A program made the position numbers and the translations under genes. Below are positions 1-10,829 of a DNA stretch of 50,802 nucleotides, one piece after another. Every line of letters begins with the position of its first letter. Within the stretch, counting starts at the first letter, position 1. The stretch comes from Girardia tigrina (Eukaryota), in assembly GCA_001938485.1 (NCBI GenBank), contig MQRK01241613.1, positions 1 to 50,802 on the forward strand. The letters are read 5' to 3'. Below the pieces are notes generated by a model, which worked only from the letters and a program-made list of their open reading frames with translations, had not been told where the DNA came from and ran no database searches.

Positions 1-184
1 TAACCGCGACCGTAACTAAGGTAATCGCGACCGTTGCTATGGTAACCGCGACCGTTGCCATGGTAACCGCGACCGTTGCTATGGTAATCGCGACCATTGC
101 CATGGTAACCACGATAACCCATAGCGTTGCCATGGTTACGGCCAGGGGGGGGTGTAGGCCGAATGCCCATTTTCCCCCTACTTC
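1..184. mobile_element. Right end of an unclassified TIR element with a 21-bp subterminal tandem array (related to 31941-33876)
   Basis: 21-bp units GGTAACCGCGACCGTTGC(T/C)AT, followed by a terminus CATTTTCCCCCTACTTC that also ends the 31941-33876 element. Confidence 0.8.
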
Positions 185-259
185 ACGTATAAAGTATACA
201 TTTTTACAGAAAACTTGTAAATAAAAAAATAGCTTTATGGGGTAAGAACTCTACTTGGC

Positions 260-928
260 GGTTACACCCCAATTTGCCGAAAGACATTTTACCTAAATAT
301 AAACAATTTTATTCTATTAACTTAAGACATTTTGCCGAAATACATTGTACCGAATAACATTTTATAATAATAGTCATCGTCGACCGAGTTTCGCAGTTGA
401 TTTATTGAATTGTTACGCTGCAGTTCAAAATGGAATTCCGAAAACCCATAATTCTGTGGAAGGGTCGCATCGACGGTTTAGTCAATTGATTGAAGCAAAC
501 CATCCGACAATATGGAAATTTATTAATAGATTAAGAGGAACAAAGTTTCAAGGAGTTCTTAATCAATGCATTGCAGGAATGATCCACCACATTCTTACAT
601 GGATTGTGCTAAACGTATTGAGACAAAAGTGGACGATTATAATAATCGCAATTTATTAGATGAGGAATTGCCCATAATTTTGATTTAAATGTTTAATAAT
701 TTGGATTTTGTAACATATAATTGTTTGATTGTAATGTAATAGAATAATTTTTTTTATATCAATGTCATTTTTATATCTGCACAAAATATCTTTCGACAAA
801 ATGTTTTTCTGCAAACTTTATTTCAGCAAAATGTCGTTCGACAAAATGTCTTTATTAAAATGTCCTAATTTAATGGAATAAAATTTTTTATATTTAGGCA
901 AAATGTCAAAAAAAATTTGGGTGATACA
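260..928 (+). mobile_element. Internally deleted MULE (Mutator-like) element with a transposase C-terminal fragment
   Basis: 9-bp TSD CTACTTGGC at 251-259 and 929-937. Long imperfect TIRs built from GACATTTTGCCGAA-type units. ORF 345-659 contains NCY..V.NGIPKTHNSVEGSHRRF...HPTIWKFI, matching the MULE PRTNNxxEGWH...HPxIWxFI motif. Confidence 0.9.
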
Positions 929-1194
929 CTACTTGGCCATCAGAATTTTTTGTTATTTTTTTATTAGGAAGAATTACTATTACATTTTTTAATAAATTTA
1001 TTGTGTTTAGGAACTATTTAAATGTTTTGTAGAATGGAAAGTTTCATACAAAAATTTTTTACAACTCCATTTTGCCATTAAATTGTTACTAATAACATAA
1101 TAAATTTATTATAAAGCATGGAAAGAAAAAGACCAAAACCTTTCTATTTAATACAGTTTAAACATACAGTTTTGTGGGTAATCGTAAAACGCTT

Positions 1195-1307
1195 TTGATT
1201 TAATTTTCACATAATCATTTATTGTCATCGAGAATGAGTAAGTGTGCAAAGTTTGATGAAAGTTGATTGAGTAAAAAGCCTTCAAAAATAGGTTTCTAAA
1301 TTCCATG
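1195..1307 (-). repeat. Dispersed repeat end abutting (TA)n; second copy at about 43392-43505
   Basis: The reverse complement matches CATGGAATTTAGAAACCTATTTTTGAAGGC...TTTGCACACTTA.TCATTCTCGATGACAATAAATGATTATG at 43392 onward. Both copies adjoin a TA microsatellite at the same end. Confidence 0.75.
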
Positions 1308-1308
1308 A

Positions 1309-1346
<38 letters not shown>

Positions 1347-2558
1347 AGCAACCTAATATAAAGCATGGAAAATGCTTTAGAATTTTATGTATACGTTATA
1401 CAAGAGTAAATTTGACTGAAAATGTACTATGTACCCATGTAAAATGCATTTCTACAAATTTCATGCATTTTTAAAGTGTATGTTATACATGAAGATTTCA
1501 TGCTTTTGAATTTAAAAATTAATCGCATTAATAAAATATATAATCGTTTATGGTTTTCTAATATACAAGGTCTGCTTTTCTTTCCTATAATTCCACTGCC
1601 AATTGAATGGTCTCATCCATGAATATATTCGAAAATAGACTTGAAACGGATGTCCTGGCGCAACTTCAATTTTAAATAACTATTGATCAAAAGATAATAG
1701 ACTATTCAAAGTGTATTCAGAAGCTAATTTTATTAAATTTAGATTTGTAATAAAGCAAATAATATATAGAATTAATCTTGCTGAACTATTTGATGCTCAA
1801 TTTTTTAATTTTAAAGATCTAGAATAAGAAAACCTTTTAGTATTGCAAAAAAAGATCTTACCATTGATTGTGTGTTCTTGAAAGAAGAAGGGTCCGATAT
1901 TGCGAAACTTAGCCCACTAAAAATTGATCTTCGAAGAATCTTTTTCAAGTCGCCATATTTCATTTGGATTTGTAATTTTCGGTAATATGAGTTGACAAAA
2001 CTCCAATGTGGAATTAAAATATACCTTCCCTAACATTTGCATGATTTGAATTTTTTAAGCGTGTCGTTTTCAAAAGAAACTGGAATGATCAGCTCAAAAG
2101 ATAAAATCAATATACTTAATATATTTTTCATTTATAATCTACTTATCTGTAATTTCATGTAAGCTCTCCTATAAATTTTTTGAAAGTTCTTTTGTTTTGT
2201 CAATGGACAAATCACCAGACGATGTTCTGTTGAGAACGAAACATGACTTGTGGATTTTAATGAATTAAATGAAAGATTATATAACTGATATTCCTTTTAT
2301 TACTTTCTTTATATTAAGAACACCAATTTGACTTTTCATATTTTTTAATAACACAACAATTTTGATTATCTTTAAGACAATCTTTATCAAAGCTTTCGTA
2401 CGAGTGCATTTTAACTAAATTTATTAATGACCTTTATCTTATTATTTTTAGCAAATGGTGATATGAATATTTACTCAACATTTATTGAATAAAAATTAAA
2501 ATGATTATTAATTATTTTTAAAAATAAAAACACGCCATTTGTTAAATTTATTTTTTAC

Positions 2559-2597
2559 GACAATTAATTTCGACGGTATAACCGTCATCGTCAGGTC
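2559..2597 (-). ncRNA. Minimal type I hammerhead ribozyme motif (inverted pLTR copy)
   Basis: Exact reverse complement of 2886-2924. Confidence 0.75.
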
Positions 2598-2885
2598 TCA
2601 AGAAAGAAATGAATTTTAAATCTGCTTATATAGGCAAACAGTGATTATATCATCAATGGATTATTATGTCATCTAAACACGCTTAATTCTGTGTTCTCGT
2701 TTTAAAAACTATTGGGAGAGGGTGGCCTGTGAAGCACTTTATACCAGATCCTTAGATCCTAAGATTAATGTGCAAACGGGTCTCTCGAAAATCCTATTAA
2801 GCGTGTTTAGATGACATAATAATCCATTGATAACATAATCACTGTTTGCCTATATAAGCAGATTTAAAATTCATTTCTTTCTTGA

Positions 2886-2924
2886 GACCTGACGATGACG
2901 GTTATACCGTCGAAATTAATTGTC
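2886..2924 (+). ncRNA. Minimal type I hammerhead ribozyme motif in a Penelope pLTR
   Basis: GAC-CTGACGA-T-GACGG-ttata-CCGTC-GAA-ATTAAT-T-GTC: catalytic core CUGANGA/GAAA, 5-bp stem II, palindromic stem III, 3-bp stem I. Confidence 0.8.
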
Positions 2925-3796
2925 GTAAAAAATAAATTTAACAAATGGCGTGTTTTTATTTTTAAACATAATTTGCCATTATTTTTTAATTTTTTGAATT
3001 ATTAATTATTTATAAATATTAATTCGATTTATATATTAAAAATTGTAAATAAAATTAATTAACTTATTTAAAATTTTACAATTATTTTAAATTAGAAATA
3101 AATTTAAACAATACATATTTTTAGATAATAAGAATTAAAATAATTATCGGCCCATCTGAGTAGGAGAGACAATTCCGAATCAACATACAAATCAAACACA
3201 AAACATCAAACATTCAAAATATTCCTCACATTTATTCTATTTTTCTAATTTTATTTATGACTCGTAGATATTATAGGCTAATATTTTTGGGGTTAATTAT
3301 GATAACATAATTTAAGGCTAACACTAATTTTGATTAATTCTGTTAATTTATTATTTTTGTTTGATTAAAGAACAACTTACCTGGTAAAATTTAATAACGA
3401 ACAAAACTTGTTAAGGCTATAATGTATTTGAAATATTAATTTCACATTTATGTGGTAGATCGACTTCATTCTTTATATATAGAACTATTGCTAGGTATAA
3501 AACAATCATTGACCTCAGGCATTTACCATGTTATATATGTTACGAACTAAATAGACATCAAATCTGTCATCTATAATAATGTCTTTTAGTCTTGAAAATA
3601 CAATAATCGTTAATTATTTATTGTTACTCAAGCGAACATAATTATTATTTTAATCACGTTAGACGAACAAATATGAGAATTCGTTACTATGTCATGTCAT
3701 AATAGTTAAGTTTGATATGGTCTTACTAAGAAGTTAAAACAGTATTTGTGATTAATAAATACGTAAACTATCTTTGATAAAATATTTATATTTTAG

Positions 3797-4075
3797 AGGC
3801 CGAACTCTCCAAATGTGTACAATAATATTGGTAATTTATTACGAGTTCATGGTCAATCTCGAGAAGCCGTGGAATGTTTTCGCTGTGCTCTTAGACTGTC
3901 ACCTCATCATCCAGATGCTCTTTTAAATTTAGCTCGTGTTTTGTATAATCAACATTATCTTGAAGATGCTATTTATCTCACGCGTCATTCATTAGAGACC
4001 CAACCTCGTAATCAGAACCCTTGGTTGCAGCATTTCACTTTAGGTGAGATTCTTCGCTCAACGGGACATAAACAA
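3797..4075 (+). CDS. Internal exon of a TPR-repeat protein (TTC17-like)
   Basis: Acceptor TTTTAG ends at 3796. Reads RPNSPNVYNNIGNLLRVHGQSREAVECFRCALRLSPHHPDALLNLARVL...PWLQHFTLGEILRSTGHKQ, which are canonical TPR repeats. GT donor at 4076. Confidence 0.9.
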
Positions 4076-4117
4076 GTTATTTAATTTTGTTACAAATTTT
4101 TTACTGGTAAGAATTAG

Positions 4118-4312
4118 GAAGCACAATATCATTTCATGCATGCACTGGAACTTAATCCAGGTTTCAGACCAGCAAAAGATTATTTACAAGAGCTGTCGTC
4201 AAAATCTAATCCTATAACTACAGTTTACTCTTTCTGTATCACAATATTTCTGTTGTCATTGGTTTTTTATGTTCTTTTTCTTAATTTGGAACTCAACGAT
4301 GGAGAAAATGAG
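4118..4312 (+). CDS. Next exon of the TTC17-like TPR protein: end of a TPR plus a predicted transmembrane helix
   Basis: A 42-nt phase-0 GT-AG intron (4076-4117) joins HKQ to EAQYHFMHALELNPGFRPAKDYL, completing the TPR. Hydrophobic stretch VYSFCITIFLLSLVFYVLFL. Donor GAG|GTATTT at 4313. Other exons were not identified. Confidence 0.85.
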
Positions 4313-4758
4313 GTATTTGTTATTTTTTAGATTATTAAACAGAAATATTTTTCATTATTTTTAAATATAGTATTAAAATGTAAGGAACATTAAATTTTAT
4401 ACAACATCGTAACTTAGTTAAGTAATTTTTTAGTTAAGTAATACCATTAAAAATAGGGAAATTCTGTAAAAAAATAATTACGAATAAAATAATTAACAAT
4501 GAAGCATAAAGCAATATAAAACCAAATTAATCGAGGGATAAATAAAAAGGATAAGAAGCTGATTAGATAAGAAGCAGGAGGTATGCAGGGTCACAAATGT
4601 AATAAATACCTAACGTTTTTTGTCGGTTAAGTCTAATGATATTTATAAAAATTATTTTAATGCAATAATTTATAGGTGAAATGTTATTTAATTATTCTAG
4701 TTTAGTGCATGGTATAGATTGACCTGCTTATGATATATATCCATACCACACACTAAAC

Positions 4759-5467
4759 CAGTGATACGCAACCCCCTATCCGCGGGTAATGCAATTACCC
4801 GCAGCCATATATTTAATTACCCAATCGTTAGCATTTTTTTGAATATTTATTTTTATAAGAGTGCATTGAAAATCCAAAATACTAATTATCAATAAATTCC
4901 AAAAAAAATTCTATGATGTTGTTTTTCTCAGAACCATTCGAAATTTGAATTCACCGTTATTGCTTGCCGTTGCCATAGTTTTTCTCTGTTGCTTATTTTA
5001 CAATTCTACGGATTTAATTTACATGTTATTTTATGTGTTGCGTAATTTACTAATAGGTTTATTAAATTCGAGTGAACACTTTAAAAAAACCATTGGACGG
5101 TAATTTATAATTGGATTTATAAGTTGGATTTGCTTTGTTGTCTGCTTTTGGTTCCAGCTATATATGTGAGCAAATATTTTCACAAATGAAATTCATTTTA
5201 AATTCTGCGAGGAATAGATTAACTCTGGAAAATTCAGATGCCTACATCAGATTAAAAACAACANNNNNNNNNNNNNNNNNNNNNNNNNNNNNNNNNNNNN
5301 NNNNNNNNNNNNNNNNNNNNNNNNNNNNNNNNNNNNNNNNNNNNNNTAATATGTAAAATAAATGTTTTATACACTTAGAAATATGAGTTAATTTTTTACC
5401 CAGTTACCCAGTAGAAATTGAAAAATATTATAATTTACCCGATCTTGAAAAAGGTTGCCTATCACTG
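4759..5467 (+). mobile_element. Non-autonomous hAT element (Charlie/SPIN-like) with a dimerization-domain fragment
   Basis: 8-bp TSD CACTAAAC at 4751-4758 and 5468-5475. TIRs CAGTGATACGCAACC / GGTTGCCTATCACTG. ORF LSAFGSSYICEQIFSQMKFILNSARNRLT matches the hAT C-terminal dimerization domain. Confidence 0.92.
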
Positions 5468-5477
5468 CACTAAACTA

Positions 5478-6071
5478 TACCTTTTACAATTCAATTTCAC
5501 ACAAATGAAAATCAATTTCACATTAATGAAAATCAATTTCACTTTATTGAAAATCAATTTCACATTATTGAAAATCAATTTCACATTATTGAAAATCAAT
5601 TTTACATTATTGAAAATCAATTTTACATTATTGAAAATTAATTTCACGAAAATATAAATATGAAAACATAAATCAAAATAAATATTAAATGTAAATATTT
5701 CATGAATTATAATATATCAGAATATTATAAAAGAATTTCTTGAATTTGATTTTTTTTGGGTTATTTGTTTTAATATTTAATCAATTGTGATTAAACAAAT
5801 ATATATTTTTAATATTAACTGCATCAAAAGTGCAAAAAAAATCAAATTCAAGAAATTCTTTTATAATATTCTGATATATTATAATTCATGAAATATTTAC
5901 ATTTGATATTTATTTTGATTTATGTTTTCATATTTATATTTTCGTGAAATTCATTTTCACTAATGTGAAATATATTTTCACTAATGGGAAATTGATTTAC
6001 AATAATGTGAAATTGATTTTCATTAATGGGAAATTGATTTTCATTTGTGTGAAATTGAATTGTAAAAGGTA
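5478..6071. mobile_element. Foldback/MITE element with long TIRs containing 21-bp tandem repeats, TA TSD
   Basis: TA|TACCTTTTACA...TGTAAAAGGTA|TA. Inverted arms of about 240-280 bp carry the unit GAAAATCAATTTCACATTATT in unequal copy number around a short spacer. Confidence 0.85.
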
Positions 6072-7249
6072 TAGTACACTATTCAAAAACCTATACGAAA
6101 TTGATAACAACAAAGAAGAGCCACGCGATCATTCTGTCATCCACATCTCTCATTGTCACATCAATGTATCTTGGTCGAATATTATTCCATTCATCCAACA
6201 GGGTACTTCTAAAATTCGCAGACCTATTCATCTCATTCCCCACCACCAAATATTGAGTTATATTTATTGTCGTGTAATAATCATATGACCAAACACTGCT
6301 ACCATTCACGAGTCTAAACAAGGTTATGCTATGAAATATTCTACGAAAAACCCTGTGAGGGAAGGAAGTGGTAGACATCGATCAACAGCTTGAGGGGTAT
6401 AACAAGAACCATTGATCATGAGGAAATACACTCTTTGATCGAAGAAGGCTCTTGATCCACATTGCAGAACCCCCCAGAATCCCCTACACAAGAGATGTCT
6501 GAAAGCAGTTTGGATAACAAGTATACTAAAGAAACCCTGACAATCATAATAATTGAATTTTATAAATGCCAAAGGTTTTATATTCTTTGAAGGATAACTG
6601 AAAGAGAGAAGTGCACGAACATTACAAATTTTACATTTGATAAAATTACTTTTAACAAAGCAAAGAAATTAGTTTTTGTTTGTATTTTATTGTTGTTGTA
6701 ATTGATTAATGATAAGACTTGCTCTCCTCTGCCACTTCTCTGCGTCATTTAACTGTCGACCGTTAAAGAAATAGTTTGCTGAAGACACGTCCTTTCAAGG
6801 GATATGTAACATTAGGGTATCTTATCAGATTCTGTGTAAGGGTATGTCTTTAAACCTATAACACTGGATAACAAAAAATATTTTTTGAAAATCGTCCAGG
6901 GTTTTCCAGCTGCAATAAACTAATTTTGATGCCATGAGTCCGAAAATGACTTTGGTTTTGCTCAATCAGGTCAGGTTTTTTGGTACAGAAATTTTTAAAA
7001 AATCGAATTTTTTTAAAAAAATTCTGCGGATCATCAGCTGAGAAACCCCTGACGATTTTTTCCGTTTCCCTCAAGAAATAAAAGTCCACATATCCAAATT
7101 CATTCAGTTTTAATGTAGTCCATCAAATTTGATAAGCATAATTATACATAATATTAGTATAAAAATGAGCGTTACTTGACACAAAAGTTTAGAATTCACT
7201 GCATAAATCGGTATTTCTTCGATTCCCATGTGTGAACAGCTGCTCGATT

Positions 7250-8037
7250 GTCTCTCTTCAGTGACCAGCAGTAGTCCGCCATTAGGACTGCGTCCCACCT
7301 CCCTGGTACCTCTCCTCCATTTGTCGCATGTACCGATGGAAACTTTCTCCCTGCTCGTCGCTCATCACTTCAAGGTTTTCAGGAAAGTTCTCCATGCGTG
7401 AGAACAAGAAGTGTATCTTTATACTCATCAAACAACCGAGTTTTTAGAAGGCCTCTATCATGCTGCTGATGAGTCTCGCGTGGTTTGCTGCCTTCGTGTT
7501 CTCCAGGAAGTTGTTTACCACATGCAAAAAGGATTTCCACGCGGCGCCCTCTAGCGTGTTCATGGAGTTTTTGAACTCTGTGTCCTTTATGAGCTGCCGT
7601 ATCTGTGGGCCATCAAAAATGCTTGCCTTCAGTTTCTCAATGGTCAGTCGGGGAAAGGTTCGGCACAGGTAGTTGAAGCACCTCCCATCCTTGTCCAGAG
7701 CGCTCGTAAACTATTTCATTAACCACAGCTTCATGTGTAGCGGTGGGATCAATATCTTCTACCGGTCAACAGAGGTTCATTTATGATGTTTCTAGTCCCT
7801 GGTACTAACTGCTCTTGCGCCGGCCACTCTTTCTTTACATAGTGCTGGGCTCTGTCTCGACTGTCCCACATACATATAAAGCATGTATACTTCATGAACC
7901 CGGACTGCTGACCAATTAGAAAGAGTGGTTCTGCTCATATTGGATTTTGTGGAGCACGTACTTCACTGCTTCATATTTCTTTTTGAGAGTTGTGGAGTGC
8001 GCAAGAGGGATTGATACAAACTGGTACCCGTTGTGGA

Positions 8038-8040
<3 letters not shown>
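7250..8040 (-). pseudogene. Chapaev3-type transposase C-terminal half, disrupted
   Basis: Minus strand reads LHNGYQFVSIPLAHS..., KILIPPLHMKLWLMK*F, KLKASIFDGPQIRQLIKD, LGCLMSIKIHFLFSRMENFPENLEVMSDEQGESFH, with stops and frameshifts. Confidence 0.85.
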
Positions 8041-8080
<40 letters not shown>

Positions 8081-8090
8081 TATAATTATA

Positions 8091-9235
8091 TTAGGGTGAA
8101 AATCAGTCTTTTCGTATTTTTTATTAAAAATTTAAACATAATTTTACAAAAAATAAAAAAAATTAAGTTTCAAAGTAAAGGCCATTTGAATTTATAGCTT
8201 GAACCCATCTATGGGCAAGTTGTGCGATCCCGCTGCTGTACCAATCCTTGTTCTTAGAAGTGAAGAACTGGTGATACCCATTTTCGACCTCGGCCAGATT
8301 ATTGAAGCTGCGACCACGAAGAAAGTGTGCCATAGAGCGGAAAAAATGATAGTCGGATGGCGCAAGATTCGTACTATACGCAGGGTGTGGAAGAAGTTCA
8401 AAGGCGTCGAGACTTTTGATTATTTCCTTTGTTTGTTTGGCGGTGTGCGGTTTTGCATTGTCCTGTTGTAGAAGAACTCGCTTTCGATTGATCAAAGCGG
8501 GGTATTTCTCGCCAAGTGCCGCATACATTCGATCAAGTTGGGCGCAGTAAAGATCAGCGTCGATGGTACGACCATTTGGAAGCAGCTCTAAGTGAATCAC
8601 GCCTTCGAAAGTCCACCAAACACACAAAAGTGCCTTCCTTGAGAAACGATCTCGTTTCGCTACCGGTTTCGCCATTTGTCCGGGGTCCAACCATTGATTT
8701 TGTTGATCTGGATTACTGAAGTAAACCCACTTTTCATCGCAAGTTACAATTCGACGGATGAAACAGTCATCGCGCGGATTTTCAAGCAATTTTTGACAAG
8801 TTTCGAAACGCTTTTCAGCTTGAATTTGTGTCAATTCATGAAGCACTTCTCGACATCGTCTATCGACCTTGCCAAGAGCGTGAAGGTGTCGTACAATGGA
8901 TGTTTGAGGAATATCGAGTTCGGCCGACAATCTGCGAGTACTTATTGACGGATTTGTCTCGACTGCTTCACGAATTGCTCCGGAATCTACGGTGATAGGT
9001 CGGCCTGAACGTGTATTGTCTCCGAGGTCAATGTCGCCTTCGTTGAACCTTTTGAACCAACTTTGTGCAGTAAGATTTGAGACCACATTATCGGCTTCAA
9101 CTTCGCATATCTTCTTTGTTACTGCAGTTGCGTTTAAGCCCTGTTTCCAGTAATGGCGTAAAAGAACACGAATTTCAAAATTTTTCATGATTTTTCTAAA
9201 AGACCATAAAAATCATATTAACGACTAATTAGAAA

Positions 9236-9279
<44 letters not shown>

Positions 9280-9404
9280 GATAGAGCAGTTCAAGATCTT
9301 TAAAAAACATATAACACATGTATATAAAATATCTTTATTTGATAATAAGAAACAATTGAACAAAAAGACGTAGAAAATACGAAAAGACTTTTGGTTCTTC
9401 CTAA
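8091..9404 (-). mobile_element. Full-length mariner element (1314 bp), TA TSD
   Basis: Imperfect TIRs TTAGGGTGAAAATCAGTCTTTTCGTATTTT / TTAGGAAGAACCAAAAGTCTTTTCGTATTTT with TA on both sides. Confidence 0.92.
8163..9188 (-). CDS. Mariner transposase, intact 341-aa ORF (DD35D spacing)
   Basis: Two HTHs with the RSGRP linker, VTCDEKW, LQQDNAKPH and HPAYSTNLAPSDY. WVPHEL has decayed to EVLHEL and YSPDL to YSTNL. Confidence 0.95.
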   Translation of the reverse strand: MKNFEIRVLLRHYWKQGLNATAVTKKICEVEADNVVSNLTAQSWFKRFNEGDIDLGDNTRSGRPITVDSGAIREAVETNPSISTRRLSAELDIPQTSIVRHLHALGKVDRRCREVLHELTQIQAEKRFETCQKLLENPRDDCFIRRIVTCDEKWVYFSNPDQQNQWLDPGQMAKPVAKRDRFSRKALLCVWWTFEGVIHLELLPNGRTIDADLYCAQLDRMYAALGEKYPALINRKRVLLQQDNAKPHTAKQTKEIIKSLDAFELLPHPAYSTNLAPSDYHFFRSMAHFLRGRSFNNLAEVENGYHQFFTSKNKDWYSSGIAQLAHRWVQAINSNGLYFET

Positions 9405-9616
9405 TATATAGGCCAGGTAGGCCTATGGTTTTATCTCAAAAATTTAACCTTGATAGAGCAAAATCAATATGATATTCGGACTTAGAACACCAAAATTGGT
9501 CTAAATCGGCTGAGATACCCCTGACGATTTTTTTGCTGTCACTCAGTGTAAATTATTGGATTAAAATATTTTTTTTATTTTTCCAAAAAAATCAGTTAAA
9601 TAAACTAAATGCGATT

Positions 9617-10164
9617 AATTCTATTATCGCAAACCAGCGATTGACATCTATCAATTGCCATTTGAGAAAACGATATGTTTTCTCTATCGTTCCTTACTTT
9701 ATGAGCTAATTGAAACATGATAAATATGACTACTGACAGCAAACCGAGAGCTAATCTTACAGATTAAACTTCTCACACTCAATGCAATACAATCGATATC
9801 AGCCTTCACATCAAACCAAAACAATCCGAAATCTCATTGATAATTTTGTGAACAACTTGGAAAGAACGAAGAAATTCAAAACGAAATATATTTTGCTGGT
9901 ATGTGATTTCTTGCACTGACCAAATGTGTTAGTGTCACTAGTCTCAAAACTGGCACAGTTGAGAGAACACAATGTTTTCTCAGATTGCCATTTGGTCAGA
10001 CATTTCATTCCAATTGCATCGATGAGGTTCCGGATTGTTGACTGTCAGTTGTCGTTTTTATCATGTCTCCGTTAACTAGTAAAGTACGGAACGATAGAGA
10101 TAACATATCGTTTTATAAAATGACCAATGTCTGTTGCCAATGGTTGGTTTGTGAGAATGGAATT
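9617..10164. repeat. Old imperfect inverted repeat (MITE-like), arms about 130 bp
   Basis: AAAACGATATGTTTTCTCTATCGTTCCTTACTTT (about 9667-9700) pairs with AAAGTACGGAACGATAGAGATAACATATCGTTTT (10081-10114), and the similarity extends in both directions. Confidence 0.65.
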
Positions 10165-10829
10165 GATTTAACAACTTTTCAATTCATGTTTGTTGACATT
10201 TTATTAATTTTTTTGGAGATAAATTTATGAGCTATTGCTAATTTCGAATTTCTTTTTGATTTTTTGAATTTCCGTATTTTATTGCGCCATTGTTCAAAAG
10301 TTTATTATCATTTATTTTTGAAAATACACTAGATATAACTTTTATACAATAATTAATAAAAAATTTGACATTTGTTATTAATATTTGAGAAAAAAATACA
10401 TCATTGTTGTAGTGTTTTCTCAAAACTTAATTTTTTTACTTAACATGTTGAGAACATGAATCAATTTTAGAATCCGAAAGGTCACAGACATTTCAACCGT
10501 GGCATGGCTATGAAAACGTTAAGAAATATGAATTCAAAGCATCGGACTAAAAGAATCGCCTGATTAATCCGATCAATTCTGATCTTTAAAACATATATTC
10601 AGCTTTATAATTGATCGTATTTTTCTTGTGTGAAAATACAGCCTTTTGCATGAAATTGGTGTTCTTTTGATATTCATTTAAGAACTACATTTGAAATTTG
10701 TATTTACATTTGCCAATAAGAATATGATTTTATTAAGAAAACATTGATAAAAAAACTAAGAGGAACTAGTTCACTTGACAAATAAAGTTGAGATTTAAAT
10801 AATTCAATATAAGAATTTTTGAAAATAGT

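Larger units (their letters stand above)
2518..2997 (+). mobile_element. 5'-truncated Penelope-like element 3' end with an inverted copy of its pLTR
   Basis: GIY-YIG C-terminus FKNYWERVACEALYTRSLDPKINVQTGLSKILLSVFR* at about 2701-2814. Near-perfect inverted repeat of about 170 bp (about 2518-2687 vs 2796-2966). Flanking 14-bp direct repeat ATTATTAATTATTT at 2504-2517 and 2998-3011. Confidence 0.85.
2320..3230 (-). mobile_element. LTR-like repeat, TGTGAGG family (left boundary uncertain), interrupted by a Penelope fragment
   Basis: The minus strand starts TGTGAGGAAT at 3230 and aligns by eye with 49399-49800 and 29547 onward, on both sides of the 2518-2997 insert. Confidence 0.6.
6862..9548 (-). 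mobile_element. Chapaev3 (CMC superfamily) DNA transposon, internally deleted, with a nested mariner
   Basis: Termini CACTG...CAGTG with a 3-bp TAA TSD (6859-6861, 9549-9551). Both ends share a subterminal GCTGAGA.ACCCCTGACGATTTTTT motif. Confidence 0.88.

Noticed and set aside
39-224. Repetitive ORFs (MVTATVA)n here and at 32010-32345 and 33327-33945
   Set aside because: These are translations of the stop-free 21-bp DNA repeat, open on both strands, and are not proteins.
5418-6070. ORFs (KINFTLL)n / (VKLIFNN)n, and a possible CRISPR-like array
   Set aside because: Head-to-tail 21-bp tandem units in foldback arms with no unique spacers and no cas genes, in eukaryotic context.
6091-6572. Downstream exon of the TPR gene, or a separate gene
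   Set aside because: No recognisable motifs and no consistent splice and frame support.
7466-7500. Other CTGATGA/CTGAAGA/CTGACGA words as hammerheads (e.g. 6779, 7049, 7466, 9521, 26409, 42222, 44194)
   Set aside because: None has a stem II followed by GAAA and a closing stem I.
8163-9188. SETMAR / histone methyltransferase gene
   Set aside because: There is no SET domain, and the ORF lies between TIRs with a TA TSD, so it is a plain transposase.
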